DNA from: an uncultured Cardiobacteriales bacterium
GTDB lineage: Bacteria; Pseudomonadota; Gammaproteobacteria; CAYWWW01
Assembly (NCBI GenBank): GCA_964462205.1
Contig: CAYWWW010000009.1
Coordinates: forward strand, 40,455 to 104,454
Length of the DNA stretch: 64,000 nt
Direction: 5' to 3'
Of this stretch, positions 1 to 9,878 are shown one piece after another (positions within the stretch are counted from its first letter, which is position 1; every line of letters starts with the position of its first letter). The position numbers and the translations under genes are program-made. The notes under the pieces are model-generated. The model was given only the letters and a program-made list of their open reading frames with translations. It ran no database searches and was not told where the DNA came from.

Positions 1-177
1 CAAGACAATGGGGAGTGCCACTGCCACTTCTACCAGTTCATAAGAGTAGGTAACAATGGCAAAAATCTCTCCTGGGGTGGATTGATTTTGGGTGGCGGCA
101 AACCAAAGATTAAAGGATAACATTGCCAGTAAAATGAAATAAATAATGCCATAGACAATGCTTTCGGTATCTGACAT
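1..177 (-). CDS. membrane protein, 5' part only (gene runs off left edge); possibly second half of an ABC-exporter-like transmembrane domain
   Basis: Minus-strand ATG at 177-175 opens an in-frame hydrophobic reading frame to position 1 (MSDTESIVYGIIYFILLAMLSFNLWFAA...). It lies just downstream of the 232..801 membrane ORF. Confidence 0.3.
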   Translation of the reverse strand, partial: MSDTESIVYGIIYFILLAMLSFNLWFAATQNQSTPGEIFAIVTYSYELVEVAVALPIVL

Positions 178-231
178 GCGCACCTCATGCCGACGGATAG
201 TAAGAAAATGCGCGGTAATTTTTTTGAGATC

Positions 232-801
232 TTAACTTTCTAGCGTGCTTACTTGCCGTTCGGCTTGTGCATTGAGGGAACGGTTGACCTTAAAAAACTC
301 CTTAGCAAAAACGGCATAAATAACCAGCATCAATAGCGTGGCAATACCGGCGGATAAAGCCAATGTGCTATGAAAGCTAAACAAAAGCAAGGCAGTAACC
401 AGCACTTGTATCAATGCGCTCATCGCTTCTGGCACGTCCTTTTCCAGAAAGTCCACCAACTCTCTTCCCATCAGACTGCGTGCATTGATCACGGAAACCG
501 GGGAATCGAGGGAGCGTTCTACTAGCGATTGGCTTAATGCCACCCGCATCGTACCGTAGGTACGGGTATCAATAACGCGCCGGAGTGTTGCTACTGTCAA
601 TAATAAACTAAGTACTATTAATAAGATAATAAAGGGTTGTGTTTTATCAGTTAATAGTCCATCAATGGCATAGCCAATCAATAATGGCAGTAATACCAAT
701 AAGAGCGTTTCAAGAAGCGTTAAGCCCCAGGTGATGGCGATTTTGCTCGAAAAAACAAGCAGTAAGGTACTGATCGATAATTTGTCTTGTGTCGTGATCA
801 T
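232..801 (-). CDS. polytopic membrane protein resembling the N-terminal transmembrane domain of ABC exporters
   Basis: 189 aa with several long hydrophobic helices and an ABC-TMD-like pattern. There is no ATPase domain and the ORF is short for a TMD, so a split or frameshifted gene is possible. Confidence 0.4.
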   Translation of the reverse strand: MITTQDKLSISTLLLVFSSKIAITWGLTLLETLLLVLLPLLIGYAIDGLLTDKTQPFIILLIVLSLLLTVATLRRVIDTRTYGTMRVALSQSLVERSLDSPVSVINARSLMGRELVDFLEKDVPEAMSALIQVLVTALLLFSFHSTLALSAGIATLLMLVIYAVFAKEFFKVNRSLNAQAERQVSTLES

Positions 802-1152
802 AGTGTTTCTTTGCTATTTGCTGGTTTTATTGGCTCGGTACGCCCGCGCAACTGATGGAAATGGCGTTGAAAAACGTGCATTAGGAATTTTTCATTAACA
901 CCAATTGTGCTATTAAAAAAGTTTATTTTGACTTTGCAAAAAAATTGCTAAAAAAATTCTATCTTTTCCTAACATATTGTCATTAAAAATTTTTTTAGAC
1001 TAGCGATGCCTTAAAACCTATAGTTTAAGCCAGGTTTGGTCTTGATAAAATATGCGCTTGATAGCGCTGCCACCGTAGATGTCAATGTTATTTGCTCTGA
1101 ACTTTGGCAAAGGTTCTTGGTCAAGATACCGTTTTTTTCCAACCAATGAGGA

Positions 1153-1767
1153 TTGATGATGAAATATAGCTGGCTTTTGTTACTTTCGCTGTTCTTGAAC
1201 CTGACCTGGGCACAGGATGCCTATCAAAATCTGCCATCTGGCAGCTATCAACTAGATAAAACTCATGCAAGCTTGCTCTGGAAGGTTTCGCATTTAGGAT
1301 TATCAAACTACACCGCACGCTTTACCCGCTTTGATGCCACTATTGATTTTAATGCCAAAGATTTAACCCAAAGCCAAGTTTCGGCGACTATTGATCCCTT
1401 ATCAATCAAAACAGACTACCCTTACGCCGAGGAAAAAGATTTTGATAAAAAATTAAGTGAGGGAGAGGATTGGTTTAATGGCTTAGAATTTCCTGAAATT
1501 CGCTTTACTTCCACCAAGATTACCCTCAAAGATAACAATAGTGGGATTATGCAAGGAGATTTAACTTTTCTCGGCGTAACCAAACCGGTGGAAGTGGTCT
1601 TTACACTTAACGGCGCTATGAAAATACAGCCTTTTACTAAAAAAGCTGCCTTGGGTTTTTCGGCACAAGCGCAGTTATTGCGTTCAGATTGGGGTATGGA
1701 TATCTATGTACCCAACATTGGCGATGCCGTCACTGTGCTTATCGAAGTAGAATTTGCGAAAGAATAA
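1153..1767 (+). CDS. yceI: YceI family periplasmic polyisoprenoid-binding protein
   Basis: Signal peptide, about 200 aa, YceI-like sequence pattern, and adjacent to a cytochrome b561 gene as in the E. coli yceJ-yceI operon. Confidence 0.75.
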   Translation: MMMKYSWLLLLSLFLNLTWAQDAYQNLPSGSYQLDKTHASLLWKVSHLGLSNYTARFTRFDATIDFNAKDLTQSQVSATIDPLSIKTDYPYAEEKDFDKKLSEGEDWFNGLEFPEIRFTSTKITLKDNNSGIMQGDLTFLGVTKPVEVVFTLNGAMKIQPFTKKAALGFSAQAQLLRSDWGMDIYVPNIGDAVTVLIEVEFAKE

Positions 1768-1776
1768 ACCATCATC

Positions 1777-2337
1777 ATGACCCAACACCGTTACCACAGC
1801 GTTGCCATCATCCTGCATTGGCTGATGGCGGTAGCTTTCATCTTGATGTTTATCAGCGGCTTGCTTATGGTGCATAGCGATTTGGCAGCTAGTTTTCGCT
1901 TTGAACTTTATCAATGGCATAAAGCCTTGGGTATTTTATTGCTGCTGGCGATAAGCTTACGCTTTACTTGGCGTTTGTTGAAGCCGCCACCAGCACTGCC
2001 CGCTACTTTTACAAAGCTGGAGCGTCAAGCTGCCAAAATCGGCCATTGGAGTTTGTACACTTTGATGGTGTTCATGCCGTTTTCCGGCTGGGTGATGGTT
2101 TCCAGCAGCAGTTATGACTTGCCAACGAGCATTTTTGGCTGGTTTGAATGGCCACACCTTCCAGGCTTGGCAGAGCAGGCGACGGTGGAAACCTTAGCCA
2201 AAAACGCGCATTGGTTTTTAGCCATGGTTTTTGCCTTACTGATTGCTCTACATTTGGCAGCGGTTATCAAACATACTTTTTTTGACAAAAAAAGGATTTT
2301 AAGAAGAATGTGGTGGAGTCAAGCCAGTGAAAAATAG
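1777..2337 (+). CDS. cybB: cytochrome b561 family protein (CybB/YceJ-like)
   Basis: 186 aa with 4 TM helices and conserved His placement (HW...H, H...H) typical of the Ni/cyt b561 family. It is flanked by YceI genes. Confidence 0.75.
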   Translation: MTQHRYHSVAIILHWLMAVAFILMFISGLLMVHSDLAASFRFELYQWHKALGILLLLAISLRFTWRLLKPPPALPATFTKLERQAAKIGHWSLYTLMVFMPFSGWVMVSSSSYDLPTSIFGWFEWPHLPGLAEQATVETLAKNAHWFLAMVFALLIALHLAAVIKHTFFDKKRILRRMWWSQASEK

Positions 2338-2848
2338 TTTTCTTGTGTTGATTTTATGGTTTTTTGCTGGCACTACCTTGGCCACACCATTACTCATAAA
2401 CTATGAGCAAAGCGAAATTAGTTTTGCTGGCGAATATGTAGGTAAGCCCTTTCGTGGGATTTTTGGACAGTGGCAAGCACAGATTGATTTAGAAGCGGGC
2501 AGCATTAGCGCGACTTTCGCTTTAGGACAAGCGAAAACTGGGGATCGCACTTATGACAACAATCTGTTGAAAAAAGACTGGTTTTGGGTGCAACGTTATC
2601 CAGAGGCAAAGTTTGTTTCAGAAAATGTCCGTACTTTGGAACCAGGACGTTATCAAGTACAAGGATTATTGACGATTCGGGATATCGCCTTACCGATTAC
2701 CTTTACCTTGCTTTTGGAAAATCAGTTGCTTTCTGGCAATTTTGCCCTTGATCGCTTGGCCTATGACATCGGTAAAAAATCTGATCCCAAAGCCGAATGG
2801 GTAAGTCGCAACGTTACAGTAACCCTTACGATTTCCCTCAAACCCTAA
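2327..2848 (+). CDS. YceI family protein (second copy)
   Basis: 173 aa, signal peptide, YceI-like. It overlaps the cyt b561 stop by 11 nt, consistent with an operon. Confidence 0.7.
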   Translation: MKNSFLVLILWFFAGTTLATPLLINYEQSEISFAGEYVGKPFRGIFGQWQAQIDLEAGSISATFALGQAKTGDRTYDNNLLKKDWFWVQRYPEAKFVSENVRTLEPGRYQVQGLLTIRDIALPITFTLLLENQLLSGNFALDRLAYDIGKKSDPKAEWVSRNVTVTLTISLKP

Positions 2849-2868
2849 ACCTTTTCTGAATCACAACA

Positions 2869-2910
2869 CCCAGTTTCTCCCGCACCAGTCGTAGGGATGC
2901 TGGGTTTTTT
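2869..2910 (+). terminator. rho-independent terminator after the yceI operon
   Basis: Interrupted GC stem (cccag..tccc / ggga..ctggg) followed by a T6 run. Confidence 0.45.
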
Positions 2911-2981
2911 GCTTTTTTTGCAAATAAAGAAAATTTTCTGTATTTTTAGCAGCATATCATCGCCTTAATAAAGTCCTAGGC

Positions 2982-3995
2982 TCACGCGCTTGCCATCCGC
3001 ACCTGTTTTAACAAAGTGTTAATCCGCTCTTGCACGCCGCTTGCATCCGAAAGCACAAAATGTAAAAAAGTGCGGGCGACGATGGAAAGTTCCTTGCCGA
3101 TGGGATAAACAATATGCCATTGCCGCATCAGAGGAAAACGCTCAACATCCAACACTACAACACTCCCAGCCAAGCCTTCGGCATACAAAAGATACAGCGA
3201 GGTCACCGCAATGCCTAAACCGCCGGCAACGGCGCGTTTAATCGCTTCGTTGCTGCCCAAGGCCATACGAATTTTTGGCCGAATACCCGCCTCTTCAAAG
3301 ACACGCAGTGCCGCTTCGCGACTGCCAGAACCGGCTTCACGCATCAAAAAGGGTTCATTGGCTAAGGCACTTAATGGGATATTTTTTTGCTGCGACAAAG
3401 GATGATCAGCAGCAGCAATCACCACTAAGGGATTGGCGGCAAAGGGATAAATAGTTAAATTTTCTGCCGCATGTACCGTACCAACCAAGTAGAGATCATC
3501 TTCATTTTTGGCCAAACGCGCATAGAGATAATCCAAATTGACCACTTCCAAAGAAAGATCAATATTCGGATACAGCTTGGCAAATTGGCCTAAAATGCTT
3601 GGCGCAAAGTATTCGGTGGTGGTAACGGCGGCAATGCGCAAACGCCCACGCTGCATTCCCTGCATTTCCGCCAAATTCATTTCTAAGTGACTTAAAGAAG
3701 ACAAGATTTCCCGACACGCCGTATAAAGCGCTTGGCCGGCTGCCGTTGGAAAAATTTTCCGGCCAATCTGTTCAAACAAGGTCAAACCCAAGGCTTCGCG
3801 CAGTTTGCGAATTTGAATGGAAACTGTGGGTTGGGTGAGATGTAATTCTTCGGCAGCGGCAGTAAAGGAACCGCTACGCACAATCGCTTCAAAAATCTGT
3901 AATTGGCGCAAGGTCGCATGGCGCAAGAGATGTCCAGGCAATTCAGACTTACGCAACAAGGACATCTTGGCCTTTTCTTTGGACATTTTTACCAC
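2982..3995 (-). CDS. cbbR: LysR-family transcriptional regulator, CbbR-like
   Basis: N-terminal HTH (LRQLQIFEAIVRSGSFTAAAEELHLTQPTVSIQIRKLRE) plus a LysR substrate-binding domain. It sits immediately downstream of cbbQ on the same strand. The true start is probably an internal Met (MSLLRK...). Confidence 0.7.
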   Translation of the reverse strand: MVKMSKEKAKMSLLRKSELPGHLLRHATLRQLQIFEAIVRSGSFTAAAEELHLTQPTVSIQIRKLREALGLTLFEQIGRKIFPTAAGQALYTACREILSSLSHLEMNLAEMQGMQRGRLRIAAVTTTEYFAPSILGQFAKLYPNIDLSLEVVNLDYLYARLAKNEDDLYLVGTVHAAENLTIYPFAANPLVVIAAADHPLSQQKNIPLSALANEPFLMREAGSGSREAALRVFEEAGIRPKIRMALGSNEAIKRAVAGGLGIAVTSLYLLYAEGLAGSVVVLDVERFPLMRQWHIVYPIGKELSIVARTFLHFVLSDASGVQERINTLLKQVRMASA

Positions 3996-4018
3996 AGCAC
4001 GCTTGTTCTAAGCCAGTG

Positions 4019-4831
4019 TTAATTATCAGGAAAAAATGTCATCACTGCCGCATCCAAAGCATCGCGCATATCCGGGTCATCGGTAATTGGCCGCACTAAA
4101 GTCACCCGACCCGCGGCTAAAGGTGCAATGCCTTTTTTAATCAAGGTGCCAGCGTAGATCAGCATCCGTGTGGATAAACCTTCATCTAAACCATGTCCTT
4201 TCAAATGCCGCGAGCGCTCAGCAATAGATACCAATTTATCGGCAATGCTTGCCGAAACCCCTGACTCATGCGCGACAATTTCAACTTCAACTGCATGATC
4301 AGGATAGGAAAAATCTAAGGCACCAAAGCGTTGTTTGGTAGATTGTTTTAAGTCTTTTAAAAGATTTTGATAGCCCGGATTATAAGAAATCACCAATTGA
4401 AAATCGGGATGCGCTTGAATTAACTCACCTTTTTTCTCAAGCGGCAAAATGCGCCGATTATCGGTCAATGGGTGAATCACCACCGTGGTGTCTTGTCGTG
4501 CTTCCACCACTTCATCTAAATAACAAATCGCGCCATGCCGCGCTGCCGTTGCTAAAGGTCCATCCTGCCATTGCGTACCCTGTGCCGACAATAAAAAACG
4601 ACCAACTAAATCCGAAGCCGTCATATCTTCATTGCAAGCCACAGTAATTAAAGGTCTTTTTAAGCGATAGGCCATGTATTCCACAAAGCGCGATTTACCA
4701 CAGCCAGTCGGACCTTTAAGCATCATCGGCATTCGCACCGAGTAGGCTGCCTCAAATAACGCGATTTCATCGCTTACGGCACGATAATACGGTTCTTTGT
4801 TAATTTTATATTGTTCAAGTTGATTGACCAT
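4019..4831 (-). CDS. cbbQ: CbbQ, AAA+ (MoxR/NorQ-type) RuBisCO activase subunit
   Basis: 270 aa with Walker A GPTGCGKS and a strong match to the CbbQ/NirQ family. Its partner cbbO is present in the same locus. Confidence 0.85.
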   Translation of the reverse strand: MVNQLEQYKINKEPYYRAVSDEIALFEAAYSVRMPMMLKGPTGCGKSRFVEYMAYRLKRPLITVACNEDMTASDLVGRFLLSAQGTQWQDGPLATAARHGAICYLDEVVEARQDTTVVIHPLTDNRRILPLEKKGELIQAHPDFQLVISYNPGYQNLLKDLKQSTKQRFGALDFSYPDHAVEVEIVAHESGVSASIADKLVSIAERSRHLKGHGLDEGLSTRMLIYAGTLIKKGIAPLAAGRVTLVRPITDDPDMRDALDAAVMTFFPDN

Positions 4832-4933
4832 TTTTACTCATCCTAAAGTTTTTCTTAATAAATTTTCAAGCTGTTATATTTACAAATATAAAAAATTGAC
4901 GCTGTAATGTAGTTAGACATCTTAATAGTCTAT

Positions 4934-6916
4934 TCAACCATGTTTAATCTCAGTTTCGATACTTTGCAATAGTTTGTTTAAGACCTGTAAATAATCAACA
5001 TAGGTAATGTTTTGTAATCTATTAGTTGTGCCAGTCAAGGTAATTTCCAGGCTTGCTAGATAATTTTTGCTGTCAATAAAATGCGAAAGTGAATGAACCT
5101 CTGGAAAATAACTTACTAAATTATCGAAGTAAAAAAATCGGTTTTGACTCAATGCAAAGCGAATTATATTTTTTGGAATTTCGCTAAGTTTGATATTTTT
5201 GCTTTTAATTGCTTGGCCTTCCAAAACACCTTCTTCTGCGAATAGATCAAAAATACTCCCAGTACCTGAAGATAAAGTATAAACAAGATTTATTTTTTTA
5301 ATTGGAATACTAAAAAAGCTATTTTTATTCCAAATCATATCTTTTTCCTTAAACTGTTTTTTCAGTTTTACTGTTTTTATAGCAGTGGGGTTACACTCTT
5401 CATAAATTCCTGAAGCCACTAGTGCTTTTTTCAACTCTGAAATATAACGGTTATCTTCTTTGGTGTGATAATACAATGCTTCCAAAATTTTCAAATCATT
5501 ATCAGCATCATCATCAAATTTTCGAGTAAATTTATCTTGATCTGCTTCTAAAGCAAAAGGATAGTATCTTGCGCCACGACCAATTAATTGCGCTTCTGAA
5601 AGCGTAGTTTTGCCTAATTTTCCATTTTTTTCATCTCGATTCTCATATAAACGAACAATATCAAATAAATTTAAAACATCCCAACCTTCATTTAACTTCT
5701 GAACTGCAAAAATAGCACGAATTGGATTATTTTCATCTTCTAAGGTATTGAGCAATATTTGGTTTTGCTCAGCTTCTGCGTCATTATTAGCACTTAAACA
5801 ATTTTCTGGCTTAAAATTGGCTTGAATACGTTTTACAATTTCATCAGCAAAAATCCCTCTGACCCGAAAAAAATGAAAAGCCTTTTGAACAATCGAAACC
5901 GTAGAAGTCTCTTGAATTTTTTTTAGCAGCGCAGGCGAAAGATTATCTATGAGCCTGTGAAAATTTTCTTTATTTTGCTCTGATTCTTTAATTGTTTTCT
6001 TAGCCTTAAATAGGATAACGGGCTTTAAATTGATAGTGTTAGCAGTTGCCAACTCCTGACGATATAAATTCAAAATTAAAGCCTGAATAATGCGGTCTTG
6101 CTCATCATACAAGGAATAAATAAGGTTGATTTCTTTAGAATATTTATCTTTACGAAACTCGGCAAGATCATACCTAAAAATGACCTTATCTTGATATTTT
6201 TTTACAATTTCTTTGCTGTCATAATTTAAGGTAGCTGTAAATTCCAAAAGTATATTTTCAGAATTTTGCTGCAATAAGCTATCCACTGTATTTTCCCAGG
6301 TAGGGACAAACGCATCTATGGTTTTTTGCTTTATCTTTGTTAAAGAACTTAAATGATGTGCTTCATCAGCAATTAAGACCAGTTTTTTATCCTTTAATTC
6401 TTCATAAGTTAAGCTGTTTTCTTTAGCATTACTCAATTCAATATGAAGTTGCTGAATAGTAGTAAATTTAATATTTATATTCTGACTATCCACTTCTTCA
6501 AAGTTGTCAACTTCCTTAATGGATAAATTTCTTCCATCAATTACCATTTTATCATTGAATAGATACTTTGAAGATTGCGCATTAAGAAAATTAACTTTAG
6601 TTTTCTGGATAATGTTATTGCTATTTACAAAAAATAAAAAATTATGATGCCCTTTCTGATACAGATATAACATCAAACCAGCCATTATCAGCGTTTTACC
6701 ACTGCCTGTTGCCATATTATAAAGCAAATGCAATGGCTTCTTAGGCTTACCTTCAAAGTTTTCTGTATCATAAAGAATAAAACGTTGGAATGCCTCAATC
6801 TGATATGTACGCTGAGGAAATCTAGGGTTTAAATTATTTGTTATATTTACAGGAACAATAACTTGAGAAATAGTTTCGCTACCAAAGTTTTGTGTCAATC
6901 TATCATGTAAAAACAT
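4934..6916 (-). CDS. res: Type III restriction enzyme Res-like SF2 helicase subunit (short, no recognisable nuclease domain)
   Basis: Walker A ATGSGKT, DEAH box (LIADEAHH) and motif VI QLIGRGARY. At 660 aa it is short for a canonical Res. No SD sequence precedes the ATG, and it starts 5 nt after the stop of the upstream ORF. Confidence 0.7.
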   Translation of the reverse strand: MFLHDRLTQNFGSETISQVIVPVNITNNLNPRFPQRTYQIEAFQRFILYDTENFEGKPKKPLHLLYNMATGSGKTLIMAGLMLYLYQKGHHNFLFFVNSNNIIQKTKVNFLNAQSSKYLFNDKMVIDGRNLSIKEVDNFEEVDSQNINIKFTTIQQLHIELSNAKENSLTYEELKDKKLVLIADEAHHLSSLTKIKQKTIDAFVPTWENTVDSLLQQNSENILLEFTATLNYDSKEIVKKYQDKVIFRYDLAEFRKDKYSKEINLIYSLYDEQDRIIQALILNLYRQELATANTINLKPVILFKAKKTIKESEQNKENFHRLIDNLSPALLKKIQETSTVSIVQKAFHFFRVRGIFADEIVKRIQANFKPENCLSANNDAEAEQNQILLNTLEDENNPIRAIFAVQKLNEGWDVLNLFDIVRLYENRDEKNGKLGKTTLSEAQLIGRGARYYPFALEADQDKFTRKFDDDADNDLKILEALYYHTKEDNRYISELKKALVASGIYEECNPTAIKTVKLKKQFKEKDMIWNKNSFFSIPIKKINLVYTLSSGTGSIFDLFAEEGVLEGQAIKSKNIKLSEIPKNIIRFALSQNRFFYFDNLVSYFPEVHSLSHFIDSKNYLASLEITLTGTTNRLQNITYVDYLQVLNKLLQSIETEIKHG

Positions 6917-6921
6917 TATAT

Positions 6922-7716
6922 TTATTTAATTAAATCAAGTAACTCAATTTCACTTAGCGCTTTAACATCATATTCAACCATTTTCCCCCAGTTACTAATT
7001 GTTTTAATATTTTTACAATCAATATCTTCTAAGTCAGCTACATAATATTTTTCGCCATCTATACAGATTATTTTTAGTTGTATAGTCAAAAAAACATCGT
7101 TAATTATCTCTTTAAATGAAATACACTGCCCAACACCCAGGTATCCTTTATCATTTACTGTAAAATTTTTTTCTTCTATAAAAATTTTTCTTTTGGTTAG
7201 AAAAAAATCAATGTCTGTTAAAGCAAAACCTTTACCCATCTGCTGTCTAAAAAATCTACTTAAAGATGTTGATCTTGCACTTCCAAGCGCATAAGAATCA
7301 ATATATTTGCATTGCGTTAGCTCTATAATTCTATCTTTAAATTGACTATAAGTGAGACATCCTGTTTTTTTTGATTTTATATTGACAACAGCAACATTTT
7401 CTCTATCCTCATCTAACCTAATATGTATAATACTAATATTATCGTTAATATTTTTAATAATACTTTCGTAAACAGGATCAAAGAAATCTGATTCAATACA
7501 AACCAAATATCGTGAATTCACATCTTTGTTTATTGCATATCTGCAAGTTACTATCCATATATTGGTAACAAAGGGAATATCTGATTTTAGAAGTAAATTT
7601 TTGAGGATGCTCTTCCTTGAGCCAAATTTTTCTTCTTTAACTTCTTCCATAACTTCTTCCATAAAAACATCTTGAAACTTCTTTTTCAGATTCTGTACAT
7701 TGAAATTCCTTGTCAT
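6922..7716 (-). CDS. hypothetical protein with putative PD-(D/E)xK nuclease core, encoded between mod and res
   Basis: 264 aa. Segment GFALTDIDFF-x7-IFIEEK fits the hydrophobic-D ... ExK two-strand nuclease motif. It overlaps the 3' end of mod and is AT-rich like its neighbours. Confidence 0.35.
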   Translation of the reverse strand: MTRNFNVQNLKKKFQDVFMEEVMEEVKEEKFGSRKSILKNLLLKSDIPFVTNIWIVTCRYAINKDVNSRYLVCIESDFFDPVYESIIKNINDNISIIHIRLDEDRENVAVVNIKSKKTGCLTYSQFKDRIIELTQCKYIDSYALGSARSTSLSRFFRQQMGKGFALTDIDFFLTKRKIFIEEKNFTVNDKGYLGVGQCISFKEIINDVFLTIQLKIICIDGEKYYVADLEDIDCKNIKTISNWGKMVEYDVKALSEIELLDLIK

Positions 7717-9580
7717 TGAGTGATGACATATTTACATACAGTTGGTTTTTATCAAGCAATTGCCATAATATTTTCTTTTGTATATCAATAGGAAACTTCT
7801 GAAAAGCATCTATATTTTGATCAAACGCTTTTAGATCAATGCTATACTTAAAGAATGCTTTATCCTTTATCTGTTTCCAGAGCTGTAAAAGTGCTTGGGT
7901 ATTCTCTGCTTCTTCAATTTTTTCTATAAAGGCTTGGTTATATTTTTTAAGCTCAAAATAGATAAATGCCTCATCTGAAACATTCTGTTCTAAAACCTTA
8001 CTTATTCTTTTATTGCATATAGCAATATGTTCAGTAAGTTGTTCAATCATAATAAATTGTCTTTTGCCGCCATCTTGTTTATTCAAGGCTAAAACGGCAT
8101 GGCCTGTCGTTCCACTTCCAGCATGAAAATCTAAAATCAAATCATTGGTACCAGATAATAATTTTATGGTGTCTATAATCGTAAATAATGATTTAGGAAA
8201 ACTAAAATTTTTACTGCCAATGATTTTTTCTAACAATCTCACACCATGATGATTGGCATTATATTTTTTGTCGCTCCATATCGTTGATACCTTTTGCCCT
8301 TTATCAACTCTATACTTTTCCATGATGCTAATTTTTTTGTTATTTGTTTTTACGGCTATCAGCTCATGTAAGATTTTTTCTGTTGATTTTTTGGACAATT
8401 TCCAAGTTCTTTCCTGTCCGCCGGAAGTGACTGGATACACTTCCAAGTAATTTTCTTGTTTGACTAAGGTAATGGTATTGAGGTCTGGACTCACATAGAT
8501 AGGGTACCAAAATGATGGCTTATTGATCCTTAAATTGGCATCACCACCACCAATGCGAACAAAGTTTTGCAGTTTATATTTGCCAAACACATCTTCTTTA
8601 TCAAAAGTTTTGAGAAAATCTTCATCAAGTATCACATTGTTAAATTTTGCAAATTTAGCGTCCTTAGCGTAAACCAGCATAAAATCGTTAATGGTTGAAA
8701 AATACTTTGCTTGATTTCTTCCCATGGGATTATTAACTACCGCTATAATACCAAGCCTATTTTCTCGCCCAAACACCTCATCAGCCAGCACAATTAAATA
8801 ACCTAATTCATAATGATCTATTGCTATCGCAATAAAGCCATCATTTCGCAAAAAATCTTTTGCAGCAGATAGCCTATTTTGCATAAATGTCAACCATGTA
8901 GAATGATTAAATGTATTGTTGTAAGTAAATATATTTGCCTCTCCCCCCGTATTATACGGTGGGTCTATATAGATTAACTTTACCTTCCCAGCAAATTCTT
9001 TTTTAAGTGTATGCAAAGCAAGAAGATTATTGCCCTTGATAATGAGATTATCAGTGATGATACCAGCTTGGTTGCGATGAAATTTTGTAAAGTCTTTTTC
9101 GCCATCTTTATCAACATATTTGGCATTGGTTAAAACTTTTGGTTCTAAAAGCTGGGTAATTTCGTCTTGTGCTAAAATTTCATTGAAGAAAATTTCCGCT
9201 CTTTTCTCTTCGTCACGACTTTGGCCGCCTTCTAAAATACAATCCTTAAATGGCCAAATTAAAGCTACTTGATTGCGTTGTTGTAAGGTTCTATCGTCAA
9301 TCGTCAGTCCGATCTTATTTTTATATTGGGTGTAACTATCATTGAGATAATTTTTCTGTTCTAAAAACTGAACAAACAAGTCTTGCTTAAAAATTAAGCT
9401 ATTTTTAACACTTATAAAAAACTTATTTCTAAGCTCTTCATTTTCAATCAATAATTCAATCAGTTCTTCATCAAAATTCTGTGCTTTATTCAATACGAGC
9501 CATTTTTTAAGCGTACCATTCTCGCTAACAAAGTTAGGATTTTGACAAAGTGTTTTGATTAAAACTTGATAGGTTTGCAT
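7637..9580 (-). CDS. mod: Type III restriction-modification Mod subunit, beta-class N6-adenine DNA methyltransferase
   Basis: DPPY motif IV (LIYIDPPYNT) precedes the AdoMet motif I (FHAGSGTTGHAV), the beta-class order typical of Type III Mod. 647 aa, very AT-rich. Confidence 0.8.
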   Translation of the reverse strand: MQTYQVLIKTLCQNPNFVSENGTLKKWLVLNKAQNFDEELIELLIENEELRNKFFISVKNSLIFKQDLFVQFLEQKNYLNDSYTQYKNKIGLTIDDRTLQQRNQVALIWPFKDCILEGGQSRDEEKRAEIFFNEILAQDEITQLLEPKVLTNAKYVDKDGEKDFTKFHRNQAGIITDNLIIKGNNLLALHTLKKEFAGKVKLIYIDPPYNTGGEANIFTYNNTFNHSTWLTFMQNRLSAAKDFLRNDGFIAIAIDHYELGYLIVLADEVFGRENRLGIIAVVNNPMGRNQAKYFSTINDFMLVYAKDAKFAKFNNVILDEDFLKTFDKEDVFGKYKLQNFVRIGGGDANLRINKPSFWYPIYVSPDLNTITLVKQENYLEVYPVTSGGQERTWKLSKKSTEKILHELIAVKTNNKKISIMEKYRVDKGQKVSTIWSDKKYNANHHGVRLLEKIIGSKNFSFPKSLFTIIDTIKLLSGTNDLILDFHAGSGTTGHAVLALNKQDGGKRQFIMIEQLTEHIAICNKRISKVLEQNVSDEAFIYFELKKYNQAFIEKIEEAENTQALLQLWKQIKDKAFFKYSIDLKAFDQNIDAFQKFPIDIQKKILWQLLDKNQLYVNMSSLNDKEFQCTESEKEVSRCFYGRSYGRS

Positions 9581-9590
9581 AAATAAATTT

Positions 9591-9878
9591 TTAATTCTCT
9601 AGTTCCACTTCTTGGGTAAAGATCAGCAAGCCATAGTGCTTTTCATATTTTTTGCGGAGATAGACGGCAATGTTTTGACACAAATCCGCCTCGCCAATGA
9701 CTTCTAAACGAATATTGGCATCTTTCGTCCATTGTCCTAAACGCAGGCCATGCGTGCCTTTCCCCCGCGCATCAGTCACACTAAAACCCCTGGCACCCAG
9801 TCGAGTAATTTCTTCTAAAATAGCATCTTCTAATTGTGCCTCGGTAAATACCGTCAGCAAAGTTTTGCGTTGTTTCAT
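9591..9878 (-). CDS. sbtB: P-II-like signalling protein, SbtB-type
   Basis: About 95 aa with a GlnB-like fold pattern. Its start ATG overlaps the TGA of the upstream permease (ATGA coupling). Confidence 0.65.
   Translation of the reverse strand: MKQRKTLLTVFTEAQLEDAILEEITRLGARGFSVTDARGKGTHGLRLGQWTKDANIRLEVIGEADLCQNIAVYLRKKYEKHYGLLIFTQEVELEN

Noticed and set aside
2982-3995. Calling the LysR regulator definitively CbbR
   Set aside because: It is co-directional with and downstream of cbbQ, not divergent from cbbL, so assignment as the RuBisCO regulator rests on context only. It is kept as 'CbbR-like'.
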